A model generated the notes under the pieces. The model was not told the DNA's origin. It searched no databases and worked only from the letters and a program-made list of their open reading frames with translations. A program made the translations under genes and the position numbers. Below, in pieces: positions 49,134-58,522 of a stretch of 64,000 nt of DNA (within the stretch, counting starts at the first letter, position 1; each line of letters begins with the position of its first letter). The stretch is from an uncultured Ruficoccus sp. GTDB taxonomy: Bacteria; Verrucomicrobiota; Verrucomicrobiia; Opitutales; Cerasicoccaceae. The stretch spans positions 64,001 through 128,000 of the forward strand of contig OZ223519.1 in the NCBI GenBank assembly GCA_965140785.1, read 5' to 3'.

Positions 49134-49383
49134 GGGGTGACCTTTCTCAATGGGGGAATTGGTGCGAATGGAAAAAGCAGTTGGCGATGGCTTTGCTTTT
49201 TGTGGATTATCACTTTGTGTTATGCTGTTGTCCATCCCAAAGGAGACGAGGCCGGACGATGACGATAGCCAGCTCGGCCCCACCGCCCGGAAAAATCCGA
49301 CGCGGGGTACACAATTTCCTTTGTTCCGTTCGGGCTGGATTTGCGCAAGCCCTTTTTTGGGAGAGCGGACGCACGCGTATAAC

Positions 49384-51624
49384 CTAGTCGCTCACGGGCA
49401 GGACGCATTGCTCGCTTCTTTGCGGTCGGGGGCGTTTTTTGCCGTTGGCATTGAGGCGTAGGTTCTTGCGCTTGGTGAACTCGGACTGCTTACCGTCGTT
49501 CCACTGGGAGACGGGGCGCAGGTAGCCGACGATGCGCGAGTAGATCTCGGTCTCCTCGCCGCAGTCGGGACAGTGGTGGTGCTCGCCGGAGAGGTAGCCG
49601 TGGACGGGGCAGACGGAAAAGGTCGGCGTGAGCGAGAAGTACGGGATGGTGTAGTTCTCCGCCACGCGGCGGACGAAGTCGCGCACGGTGCGGTGGTCGC
49701 TGACGCGCTCGCCTAGGAAGAGGTGGATGACGGTCCCGCCGGTGTACTTGGCCTGCGTTTCCTCTTGCAGATCGAGCACTTCGAAGGGGTCGTCGGTGTA
49801 GTTGACCGGGAGCTGGGTGCTGTTGGTGTAGTAGGGCTGGGCCCCGAGCTTGACCTCCTGCTGGTTGGCCACCACGCAGTTCGGGAACTGGGCGCGGTCC
49901 TTGAGGGCGAGGCGCATGGAGGTGCCCTCGGCGGGCGAGGCTTCGAGGTTGTAGTTGTTGCCGGTTTTTTTCTGGTACTGGACCAGGCGCTCGCGCATGA
50001 AGTCGAGCACCTCGGCGGCGAAGGCCCGCCCGTTGTCCGAGCCGACGTCTTTGCCGAAGAGGTTGATGCAGGCCTCGTTCATGCCGTTGAGCCCGATGGT
50101 GCTGAAGTGGTTTTTCCAGAAAACGCCGAAGCGTTCCTTCATGTCGCGCAGGTAGTGCTTGGTGTAGGGGTAGAGGCCGGCCGCGGTCAGCTCCTCCAGC
50201 AGCTTGCGCTTGGTCTCGAGGGAGTCGCGGGCCAGGTCCATGAGCTTGCCCAGGCGGCGCAGGAAGTCCTTCCGGGTCTTGGAAACGATGCCCAGGCGGG
50301 GCATGTTGATTGTGACCACGCCGACACTGCCGGTGAGCGGGTGCGCACCGAAGAGCCCGCCGCCGCGCTTCTCGAGCTGGGTGTTGTCGATGCGCAGGCG
50401 GCAGCACATCGAGCGGGCGTCGTCGGGGCTCATGTCCGAGTTGATGAAGTTGGAGAAGTAGGGGATGCCGTACTTGCCGGTCATTTCCCAGAGCCCGTCG
50501 AGGTTCGGGTTGGTCCAGTCGAAGTCGCGGGTCAGGTTGATGGTGGGGATGGGGAAGGTGAAGATGCGCCCGTTGGCGTCGCCGGCGCTCATGACGTCGA
50601 AGAAGGCGCGGTTGAACAGGTCCATCTCGGCCTGGAAATCGCCGTACTTCTCGTCCATGAACCCGCCGCCGCGCACGACCGGCTGGTCCCGGTAGTGAGT
50701 GGGGCAGTTGAGGTCCAGGGTGATGTTGGTAAAGGGCGACTGGAAGCCGACGCGGGTGGGGACGTTGACGTTGAAGACAAACTCCTGCACGATCTGGCGC
50801 ACCTCGGTATAGTTGAGCCCGTCGTAGCGGATGAAGGGGGCCAGCAGGGTATCGAAGTTACTGAAGGCCTGCGCCCCGGCGGCCTCGCCCTGGAGGGTGT
50901 AGAAAAAGTTGACCACCTGGCCGAGGGCGCTGCGCAGGTGCCGGGCGGGGGAGGACTCGACCTTGCCGGGGACGCCGCGGAAGCCCTCGCGCAGGAGTTG
51001 GTACAGGTCCCAGCCCACGCAATAGACGCTGATCAGGTTGGTGTCGTGGATGTGGAAGTCGCCCGTCTCGTGCGCCTGCTCGATCTGGGGCGTGTAGACC
51101 TCCTTCATCCAGAAGCTCTTGCTCACGCCGGAGGAGATGTAGTTGTTCAGTCCCTGGAGGGAGTAGGCCATGTTGCTGTTTTCGCGCACTTCCCAGTCGA
51201 GCTTGTTCAAGTACTGGCTGACGATCTCGGTGCGGGCCTTGTGCTGGATCTCGCGGCGTTTGGCCTGCTGGTCGCGGTAGATGATGAAGGCCTTGGCCGT
51301 CTGGCGGTAGGGAGAGCGCAGGAGCACGTCCTCGCACACGTCCTGAATGGCCTCGACCGAGGGGCAATCGCAGTCCACGGCCTCCTGGCACTGCTCGACG
51401 ACCTGGAGTGCGAGCTTGAGCGCCGCCTCTTCGTCGTATTCGCCGGTGGCCGTCCCGGCCTTGGTCAGAGCCGCGAGGATGCGGCCGGTGTGGAAGCCGA
51501 CCACGCGACCGTCGCGCTTGCGGACTTTCTTGATGACGGGGGTGTGCGCGCTTAGATACGCCCGGATGGAGCCGCGCTCATCCGCGTGTTCCAGGGGCAG
51601 TTCACCATTCAATGCCTTAACCAT
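49384..51624 (-). CDS. nrdD: Class III anaerobic ribonucleoside-triphosphate reductase with ATP cone
   Basis: VRKRDGR ATP cone, SMCCRL, PAEG, YYTNS, C-terminal CPVHG...CPDCG and YSRIVGYLRP glycyl-radical loop. Confidence 0.96.
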   Translation of the reverse strand: MVKALNGELPLEHADERGSIRAYLSAHTPVIKKVRKRDGRVVGFHTGRILAALTKAGTATGEYDEEAALKLALQVVEQCQEAVDCDCPSVEAIQDVCEDVLLRSPYRQTAKAFIIYRDQQAKRREIQHKARTEIVSQYLNKLDWEVRENSNMAYSLQGLNNYISSGVSKSFWMKEVYTPQIEQAHETGDFHIHDTNLISVYCVGWDLYQLLREGFRGVPGKVESSPARHLRSALGQVVNFFYTLQGEAAGAQAFSNFDTLLAPFIRYDGLNYTEVRQIVQEFVFNVNVPTRVGFQSPFTNITLDLNCPTHYRDQPVVRGGGFMDEKYGDFQAEMDLFNRAFFDVMSAGDANGRIFTFPIPTINLTRDFDWTNPNLDGLWEMTGKYGIPYFSNFINSDMSPDDARSMCCRLRIDNTQLEKRGGGLFGAHPLTGSVGVVTINMPRLGIVSKTRKDFLRRLGKLMDLARDSLETKRKLLEELTAAGLYPYTKHYLRDMKERFGVFWKNHFSTIGLNGMNEACINLFGKDVGSDNGRAFAAEVLDFMRERLVQYQKKTGNNYNLEASPAEGTSMRLALKDRAQFPNCVVANQQEVKLGAQPYYTNSTQLPVNYTDDPFEVLDLQEETQAKYTGGTVIHLFLGERVSDHRTVRDFVRRVAENYTIPYFSLTPTFSVCPVHGYLSGEHHHCPDCGEETEIYSRIVGYLRPVSQWNDGKQSEFTKRKNLRLNANGKKRPRPQRSEQCVLPVSD

Positions 51625-51693
51625 AGGACTTCTAAAGAGTTGAGAGTTGACGGGGGGTGGGGAAGGGAAGATCGGAGCGATCTTGACTGTGTG

Positions 51694-51740
51694 GCCCTAT
51701 AATTAGGGGTATTTTTTTTAAAATCCACTAGATATAGTGA
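51694..51740. promoter_or_regulatory. Tandem NrdR boxes
   Basis: GCCCTATAATTAGGGG (51694-51709) and CCACTAGATATAGTGA (51725-51740): palindromic 16-mers 31 bp apart upstream of nrdD. Confidence 0.8.
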
Positions 51741-51859
51741 TTTTGGGCATCTAGAAGCTCTGCTGAGTGGAGTGAGAACGAATGCTTTTAGTGGGCGGAA
51801 AGGGCGCTTGACACTGAACACATTTTCAATATACATATGTGCATCTTCCGTTCCCTGCC

Positions 51860-52492
51860 ATGAAAGACCTGACCACCCGGCAACACGAAATCCTGGGGTT
51901 CATCCAGCTGCACTTCCGGCAGGAGAACTTCTGGCCGAGCATCCGCGAAATCCAGACCCATTTCGGCTTCCGCAGCACGAACGCGGTCATGGGGCACCTG
52001 CGCGCCCTCGAGCGCAAGGGCTACATCAGCCGCGTGGCCGGACAGGCGCGGGCCTTCCGCGTCACCTATGACGATGGGGAGACGCGCCCGGAGAATTCGA
52101 CCGATGTGATCGACATTCCGATCTTTGGTCACATCGCCGCCGGGTATCCGGACGGCGTGGAGACGGGCGGCGAGATTGGCCGCCTCCAGATCGATGTGGA
52201 GACCGCCGGGGTCCGGCGCAACCGCCGCGCCTTCGCCTTAAAAGTGCGGGGCGAGAGCATGATCGGGGCGGGGATTTTTGATGGCGATATCGTTATCGTC
52301 GAGCCCGGCCTGCCCAAGCACGGTGACATCGTGGCCGCCCTCATCGACGGCGAGACGACCTTGAAACGCTTTATGCAGAAGCCCGGCCACCCGCCCTATC
52401 TGAAGGCGGAAAATCCGGACTATCCGCAACTGCATCCGGTGGCCGAACTGATCATCCAGGGCCTGGCCAAGGCGGTCGTGCGCAGCCTTTGA
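51860..52492 (+). CDS. lexA: SOS repressor LexA
   Basis: LTTRQHEIL...PSIREI...HLRALERKGYI; IAAG cleavage site; VRGESM (Ser) and TLKR (Lys). Confidence 0.96.
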   Translation: MKDLTTRQHEILGFIQLHFRQENFWPSIREIQTHFGFRSTNAVMGHLRALERKGYISRVAGQARAFRVTYDDGETRPENSTDVIDIPIFGHIAAGYPDGVETGGEIGRLQIDVETAGVRRNRRAFALKVRGESMIGAGIFDGDIVIVEPGLPKHGDIVAALIDGETTLKRFMQKPGHPPYLKAENPDYPQLHPVAELIIQGLAKAVVRSL

Positions 52493-52625
52493 TTTCCTCA
52501 CGATGCCGATGAACTAATCGTTATCGGCGAAAGCACGTGAGTTCATCGGAACGGATTTTTTTGAGGGGTCCTTTCGTCTGGCTGCCGGGGCGACTCTCTT
52601 ACCCGGTTTAGGGGGAAGGCGTACT

Positions 52626-53009
52626 TTACTGCCTTTCCAGTTCGGCCAAACGTTTGCGCAGGGCGGCCTTTTCTTCTTCGACGGACAGCGGATGCGGAGG
52701 CAGGGGCCCGGCAGGCGGGTGAGGGCCGTCGATGATGCGGTCACGCGTCAGGTAGACCCCGCTGAACATGGAGGTTTTGACGTGGGCGCGGTGGACCATC
52801 CCGGCCCGGTCCCGATAGACGATTTCGTAGATGCGGTCATTCTTTTCGCCGAACCAGCCCGGGCCGAACGGGTCCCAACTCTTGTCCAGCAGCTCCCCGC
52901 CGCGGTCGCGCACGTATTGCTCCACGCGGTCGCCGTCGAATGAACCGGCCATCAGCCGGATGACGATGGCGAGAAGGATAAATCCGATGAAAAGAAGGCC
53001 GATGCCCAT
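52626..53009 (-). CDS. Hypothetical membrane-anchored protein
   Basis: N-terminal TM helix, W.PFGPGWFGEK..RIY block; core-like codon usage. Confidence 0.7.
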   Translation of the reverse strand: MGIGLLFIGFILLAIVIRLMAGSFDGDRVEQYVRDRGGELLDKSWDPFGPGWFGEKNDRIYEIVYRDRAGMVHRAHVKTSMFSGVYLTRDRIIDGPHPPAGPLPPHPLSVEEEKAALRKRLAELERQ

Positions 53010-53133
53010 CGCAGGTTATTTTTCAGCGAGGCGGGGTTGCCGAGGCTGACTCTACGTTGAAATGAGGAAAATAGGTTGCAGGCTAAGCCTTTTTGACTGT
53101 CAGACCGTGCGGATCAATCGGGGGCAGGGCACC

Positions 53134-53553
53134 CTACTCGCGGGCGAGGGACCCGGCGACGGCAGCGGCGCTGAGGCGGGCGGTGGCGACAGGGGTGGGC
53201 TGGCGCTGGATGGCCGCTGAGCGCTCACGCAGTTCCTGAAAGGAGTTGAAGGTGCTGGCGAAGTACTGGCTCAGGCATTCGCGGGCGAGACGGTCGTGGA
53301 TGCGGACCATTTCGCACAGGAGCTGCCGGGGGAGGATGTCGAGCTTGTCGGGGTCGAACTCCATGATGACCTGAAGCAGGACCTTGGTGGTGATGTCTTC
53401 GCCGGTCTTGGAGTCCTCGACCTGGATGGTGTAGCCTTCGGCCACCATGTCGCGGATTTCTTCGAGGGTGACGTGTCCGCTTCGCGAGGTATCATAGAAG
53501 CGGCGGTTGGGGTAGCGGCGGATGAGGATGGTGTCGATGTCGGTAACTGGCAT
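53134..53553 (-). CDS. PhaR-like (PHA accumulation regulator DNA-binding domain) protein
   Basis: IRRYPNRRFYDT..S.HVTLEEI...G..IQV.D.KTGEDIT..VLLQVI.E. Start MPVTD at 53553. Confidence 0.85.
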   Translation of the reverse strand: MPVTDIDTILIRRYPNRRFYDTSRSGHVTLEEIRDMVAEGYTIQVEDSKTGEDITTKVLLQVIMEFDPDKLDILPRQLLCEMVRIHDRLARECLSQYFASTFNSFQELRERSAAIQRQPTPVATARLSAAAVAGSLARE

Positions 53554-53609
53554 AAGCGGCGTATCAGTGGGGTTGTCTGGGGGTATTGGATGGTCCGTCC
53601 TATTCAATG

Positions 53610-54656
53610 TCAAGGGATGAGTCCCATGTCGCTGGCGACGGAGAGGCAGTATTCGATATTGGTAAATACTACTTCGCCCATGGTTTCGCAGCGCAGAAAT
53701 TCTTTGTTGTCGTGATATTCGGCCAGTTCTTTGCGCAACTGGTGGATTTTTTCCTCTTCGGAGAGGTTGTCCTCGCACATGCAGACCTTGAGGTTGTTGA
53801 GCCGGTAGGGGGCAGTATTGGCACGCCGGGCGATGAGGGCGCGCTCCTCGTTCTGGTACTGGACCATGGTCTCGTAGTTGAGCAGGCCGGTGCACAGCTC
53901 GACCACGGCGAGGTTGTCCTTGAAGAACTGCGGCAGGTAGATGGTGCGGCGGCCCTCGTAGCTTTGCTGGTCGAAGTCGATGGGCCGCACGCGGTACTGC
54001 TCGTCCTCGAAGTCCGGGGTCACGCGCACCACGTAGTTGTAGGCGCGCATGTCCCCGAGCAGTCGCACGAAGCAGCGCTCGTTGAAGCGGATGAACTCCT
54101 TGGCCACACGGACTTTGTTGAGCTCGGGGCGCTTGAAGTAGTCGCGGATAAAAATGTCGCCGGGGATGCCGATGATGTGCTGCTCGATCAGCGTGTCGTG
54201 GTGGACGATAAAGTTGATCGAGTTGGGGGAGAGCAACTCCTCCAGCTCCAGGCCGTAGATGCGGGATGCGTCGGCCTTTTTAACGTAAAAGTAGTCGGCG
54301 TTGTCGTTGTACTGGTTGACAATGCGGATGCGGAAGGGGCAGGAGTTGCCAAAGACGCAGTAGTCGATCCGGTCGATGAGCAGGTGCTCCATCACGCCGG
54401 TGTTCCCGGCGGCCTTGAGCATGGCGTAGATGCGGATCAGGCCCTCGTTGATCCGGCGGAAGGTCAGCGGCTCGTAGAAGACCGTTTCCCAGAGGGTGTC
54501 CTTGCCGTTGCGGTCGGTCAGGGGGACGCCTTGGCAGAACTGCATCAGGTCGCGGTACTCGACGGGTAGCTCACTGTCGCGGTTGTACTGGCGCAAATAG
54601 GAGCGAAAATCCCGGCTAATGGGATAAGAGGGCTTTTTTCTGGAAATGACCTTCAT
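53610..54656 (-). CDS. Conserved hypothetical protein with atypical kinase-like motifs
   Basis: Strong coding bias; FYVKK...GLELE...LLGDMRAYNY...RPIDFDQ. Start MKVISRKK at 54656. Confidence 0.7.
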   Translation of the reverse strand: MKVISRKKPSYPISRDFRSYLRQYNRDSELPVEYRDLMQFCQGVPLTDRNGKDTLWETVFYEPLTFRRINEGLIRIYAMLKAAGNTGVMEHLLIDRIDYCVFGNSCPFRIRIVNQYNDNADYFYVKKADASRIYGLELEELLSPNSINFIVHHDTLIEQHIIGIPGDIFIRDYFKRPELNKVRVAKEFIRFNERCFVRLLGDMRAYNYVVRVTPDFEDEQYRVRPIDFDQQSYEGRRTIYLPQFFKDNLAVVELCTGLLNYETMVQYQNEERALIARRANTAPYRLNNLKVCMCEDNLSEEEKIHQLRKELAEYHDNKEFLRCETMGEVVFTNIEYCLSVASDMGLIP

Positions 54657-54939
54657 CAACGATCGCGACTTCCTGCTGTTCTCAATAGAGTACGAAGGCC
54701 CGCCCGGTGAGTCAAGGCAGGGTGAATTCAAATCGTTTGTATTCGGTACTCGCACTAATAGGGGCCATGCGGGAAGCTGCTTATTGCTCGATCAGTAGCA
54801 GGGGGAGCGGAGTTGGCGTCCTATTTGCTTTGCTAATGGTCCGATTTTGCCAAAGAATTTTGGGAAAATTACAGATGCATGTTGCATTATTTTTACTGAT
54901 TCAGTAAAACCGTTGAAATAGATTTAATAATCAAGTCAC

Positions 54940-56472
54940 ATGGAGGCAACCCTCGACAAATCCAAGTCCCATCTGCCCTTTCCCGTGCTCAGCGCGGAGG
55001 AAGCGGCGGAAATGGTAAACCATAACCAGACCATCGGTTTCAGCGGCTTCACCCCCGCCGGTGCCGCCAAGGCCGTACCGCGCGCCATCGCCGCCAAGGC
55101 CCGTACCGAGCACGAGGCCGGACGTCCCTTTCAGATCGGTGTGTTGACCGGGGCTTCGACCGGTGCCTCGCTCGACGGAGAGCTCGCCCGCGCCAACGCC
55201 ATCTCCTGGCGCACGCCGTACCAGTCGGACTCGAACCTGCGCGCACTCATCAACAAGAATGAGACCAACTACTTCGACATGCACCTCTCGGTCGTGCCGC
55301 AGTACGTGCGCTACGGCTTTTTCGGGAAGGTGGACTTCGCCATTGTCGAAGCCTGCGACGTGACCGCCGACGGCGAGATCATCCTCACCACTTCGGTGGG
55401 TGTCTCCCCGACCTACTGCCGCTACGCCGACAAGATCATCATCGAGCTCAACAGCGCGCATCCGGCAGCCCTGCGCGGCATGCACGACATTTACGAGCCG
55501 CTTGATCCGCCCGCGCGCCGGGAGATCCCGGTTTATGCGGTCAGCGACCGCATCGGCTCAGAGGCCGTCAAGGTGGACCCGAAGAAGATCGTCGGCATCG
55601 TCCACACGAACATCCCCGACGAGGCCCGGCCCTTCAAAGACCCGGACCCGACCACGATGAAGATTGGCGAGAACGTGGCCGAGTTTCTGGCCCGTGAAAT
55701 GCACGAGGGGCGCATTCCGAAGAGCTTCCTGCCGATCCAGTCCGGAGTCGGCAACATCGCCAACGCCGTTCTCGGCGCCCTGGGCGATCATCCGGGCATC
55801 CCGGCCTTCGACATGTACACCGAGGTCATTCAGGATTCGGTCATCGACCTGATGCTGCAGGACAAGATCAAGACCGTCAGCGGCACCTCCCTGAGCGTGA
55901 GCAATGAAAAGCTCCAGCAGATTTACGACAACCTCGACGAGTTCCGCAAGCGCATCATCCTGCGCCCGCAGGAGATATCCAACAACCCCGAGGTGGCCCG
56001 CCGTATCGGTGTGATCTCAATCAACACCGCGATCGAGGTCGATATCTTCGGCAATATCAACAGCACCCACATTCTCGGCAAGAGCATGATGAACGGGATC
56101 GGCGGCTCCGGGGACTTCACCCGCAGCGCCTACCTGTCGATCTTCACCTGCCCGTCCGAGGCCAAGGGGGGCAAGATCAGCGCCATCGTCCCGCAATGCT
56201 CGCACATCGACCACTCGGAGCACTCCGTGCAGGCCGTCATCACCGAGCAGGGCTTCGCCAACCTGCGCTGTAAGAACCCGAAGCTGCGCGCCGAGGCCAT
56301 TATCGAGCAGTGCGCCAGCCCCTCCTACCGGGAGATCCTCAAGGGCTACTGCGAACTGGCCAAGGACGGCTACACGCCGCAGACCTTCGGTCTGGCCTTC
56401 GGCATGCACCAGCAGTTCCTCAAGAGCGGCGACATGCATGACGTGGACTGGAAAGCCCTGATGGGCGAATAA
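54940..56472 (+). CDS. Acetyl-CoA hydrolase/transferase family succinate CoA-transferase (ScpC/AarC-like)
   Basis: SGFTPAG.AKAVP, TGASTG, PIQSGVGNIANAV, YTEVIQD, MNGIGGSGDF and VITEQG. Confidence 0.93.
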   Translation: MEATLDKSKSHLPFPVLSAEEAAEMVNHNQTIGFSGFTPAGAAKAVPRAIAAKARTEHEAGRPFQIGVLTGASTGASLDGELARANAISWRTPYQSDSNLRALINKNETNYFDMHLSVVPQYVRYGFFGKVDFAIVEACDVTADGEIILTTSVGVSPTYCRYADKIIIELNSAHPAALRGMHDIYEPLDPPARREIPVYAVSDRIGSEAVKVDPKKIVGIVHTNIPDEARPFKDPDPTTMKIGENVAEFLAREMHEGRIPKSFLPIQSGVGNIANAVLGALGDHPGIPAFDMYTEVIQDSVIDLMLQDKIKTVSGTSLSVSNEKLQQIYDNLDEFRKRIILRPQEISNNPEVARRIGVISINTAIEVDIFGNINSTHILGKSMMNGIGGSGDFTRSAYLSIFTCPSEAKGGKISAIVPQCSHIDHSEHSVQAVITEQGFANLRCKNPKLRAEAIIEQCASPSYREILKGYCELAKDGYTPQTFGLAFGMHQQFLKSGDMHDVDWKALMGE

Positions 56473-56497
56473 GCCTTTTTCATAGGTAGATAATTAG

Positions 56498-56540
56498 GGC
56501 GGGGTGTGGGCTTTTCGGAGCTGGCACCCCGTTTGTTTTT
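56498..56540 (+). terminator. Probable rho-independent terminator
   Basis: GCGGGGTG...CACCCCGT stem followed by TTGTTTTT just after the CoA-transferase stop. Confidence 0.55.
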
Positions 56541-56649
56541 ACAGGGGAGGCTGCATTTATGGGCCAAGGATGTGATCTGTCGGGGAAAAGCGTGTCCGCA
56601 CGGAGTTCCCGCTTGATTTAAGGGTGGGATATTTTCATAAAAAACGGCA

Positions 56650-57165
56650 ATGGATGACAGGGACTGGAGCGGGCCACTCGGACACTCGAACTGGCATTCC
56701 CGCCTCCGGCCCCAGCCGCGCTCGGGCTGGAAGCTGGCCTTGGGAATCTTGACCGTCATCGGGATACTGGCTTCGGTGGCACACGAGCTTTTCGCCGTTG
56801 GGTTTGAGCCTTTCGGGGTGGCCTCGGTCGCTCGCCCACTGCACGCGCTGCTGGGGTTGGCTGCGCTGCTGTGGGTCCTGTTCGGCTTTCGGCTCGGCCT
56901 GGTCGCGCTGGTGCTGTGGATCGTGCTGGCGATCCCGATTCTGGGGTTCGACCCGAGCGGAGAGTGGGTGAAGCCGTACTTCTCGCTTCACCTGAGCAAA
57001 TCCCAGATGCACTGGTCGCTGGTCAATGGCGAGAAGGTGCTGACGGCGTACCGGATCGTGGGCGTGAACTTCGCCCCTTTGTTGGCCGCGCTGTGGTTTG
57101 GGATACTTGCGCGCAAGGGCGTGTTTCCGGTGGTGCGCCGCCGGGAGCTGGATGCCTGGAACTGA
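56650..57165 (+). CDS. Hypothetical membrane protein
   Basis: About four hydrophobic segments; core-like codon usage. Confidence 0.7.
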   Translation: MDDRDWSGPLGHSNWHSRLRPQPRSGWKLALGILTVIGILASVAHELFAVGFEPFGVASVARPLHALLGLAALLWVLFGFRLGLVALVLWIVLAIPILGFDPSGEWVKPYFSLHLSKSQMHWSLVNGEKVLTAYRIVGVNFAPLLAALWFGILARKGVFPVVRRRELDAWN

Positions 57166-57230
57166 GGGGGCGTTCGCGGTTGCCGGAATGGGTGCGAGGT
57201 ATCCTGAAGGATGCTGGCTGCTCGAGCCGG

Positions 57231-57268
57231 GAGATTCTTCGATTCGCTGCGCTCGCTCAGGATGACAG
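57231..57268 (-). repeat. REP-like palindromic element (TGTCATCCTGAGC... type)
   Basis: Reverse complement CTGTCATCCTGAGCGAGCGCAGCGAATCGAAGAATCTC between convergent genes resembles the widespread YGTC-tagged REP class. Only one copy seen here. Confidence 0.55.
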
Positions 57269-57332
57269 CTTATCGACAACAAGGGCCGATCGCGTGAAAG
57301 ACGTCCCGATGGTTTATGCGTGCAAGGGATCC

Positions 57333-57608
57333 TTATGAGTCCGGACGGCCGGGCTGGAAAAGGAAGAGCGCATGGGCGCTTTCCCATAAAAACCAGCCGA
57401 CGGCGGCGACGAGAGCGAGGATGAGGATCGTACGCAGCCAGTGCTTGCGCAGTTCGCCGGGGGTGTACTTGCCGGAGCCCTCGTGGGTGAAGGCCGTGTA
57501 GTTGAAGCGGCGGAAGCGCGAGGGGGGACGCCGACGGCCCGACAGGCGTTGCCGGGAGGAGCGCTGCTGCCGGTAATGATAAAGCCAGCGATAAAATCTG
57601 CGGATCAC
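57333..57608 (-). CDS. Small hypothetical protein, Arg-rich N-terminus plus C-terminal TM helix
   Basis: ...LRTILILALVAAVGWFLWESAHALFLFQ. Confidence 0.55.
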   Translation of the reverse strand: MIRRFYRWLYHYRQQRSSRQRLSGRRRPPSRFRRFNYTAFTHEGSGKYTPGELRKHWLRTILILALVAAVGWFLWESAHALFLFQPGRPDS

Positions 57609-57742
57609 GAAGAGCGATTATCCGGTTCGCCTGTCCGGATGCAACCACTGGTTTACCTCAGCCGCTGGGCTGCCTTGTTCCGACCGGTGGGCTGCCCGAA
57701 TCCGCTTGCCAGCCACGCGCGCAATGATTGCGATAGCGGCGT

Positions 57743-58522
57743 ATGGGAAAAGTAAGCACCCGTGACATCCGTCAGCTCAAGGGCAAGCGCCCGGTCGTGA
57801 GTGTGACCGCCTACGATTGCGTGACCGCCGGGCTGGCCAGCGAAGCCGGCATCGATCTCATCCTGGTTGGCGACACCCTCGGGGTGATGCAACTGGGCTT
57901 CGAAACCACCGTGCCGGTGACGGTGCCTATGATGCTTCAGGCGACGGCGGCGGTCGTCCACGCCAAGCCCGACTCGCTGGTCGTGGCGGACATTCCCTTC
58001 GCCATCGTGCGGCGCAGCACGGACTTCGTGCTGGAGACCTGCGCGCGCTTCATGCAGGAGGCCGGAGCCGACGCGGTCAAGATCGAGGGCGGCGAGGACA
58101 TCGCCCCGACCATCACGACCCTGACGGCTTCGGGCATCCCCGTGCTGGGGCACATCGGGCTGCTGCCGCAGCAGTTTTACCAGCTCGGCGGCTACCGCAA
58201 GTTCGGCAAGACCGAGGCTGAAAAAGAGCAACTTTTACGCGACGCGAAGGCCTTGCAGGAGGCGGGTGTTTTCGCGATGGTGGGCGAAATGATCGCCGCC
58301 GATACCGCCGCCGCCATCAGCCAGGCCATTGACGTGCCCCTGATCGGGATCGGCAGCGGGGTGGACTGCGACGGGCAGGTGCTCGTCTCGACCGACCTGC
58401 TCGGACTGACCCCCGGGCGCGTGCCGTCTTTCGTCAAGCAGTACGCGAACCTGCGCGAGAGCGTGAAAGGCGCGTTCTCGGCCTATGCGGACGAGGTGCG
58501 GGAAAGGAAGTTCCCCTCATGA
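57743..58522 (+). CDS. panB: 3-methyl-2-oxobutanoate hydroxymethyltransferase
   Basis: TAYD, ILVGDTLG, VADIPF, AVKIEGG, GHIGLLPQ and IGIGSG..CDGQVLV. Confidence 0.97.
   Translation: MGKVSTRDIRQLKGKRPVVSVTAYDCVTAGLASEAGIDLILVGDTLGVMQLGFETTVPVTVPMMLQATAAVVHAKPDSLVVADIPFAIVRRSTDFVLETCARFMQEAGADAVKIEGGEDIAPTITTLTASGIPVLGHIGLLPQQFYQLGGYRKFGKTEAEKEQLLRDAKALQEAGVFAMVGEMIAADTAAAISQAIDVPLIGIGSGVDCDGQVLVSTDLLGLTPGRVPSFVKQYANLRESVKGAFSAYADEVRERKFPS

Noticed and set aside
49134..49383. Possible riboswitch or ncRNA between nrdD and nrdG
   Set aside because: No recognisable cobalamin or other riboswitch consensus by eye.
49723..51555. 610-aa plus-strand ORF, and similar long shadows at 53586-54569, 44879-45919 and 31336-32256
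   Set aside because: Antisense or alternative-frame shadows of well-supported genes, expected in high-GC coding DNA; no recognisable motifs.
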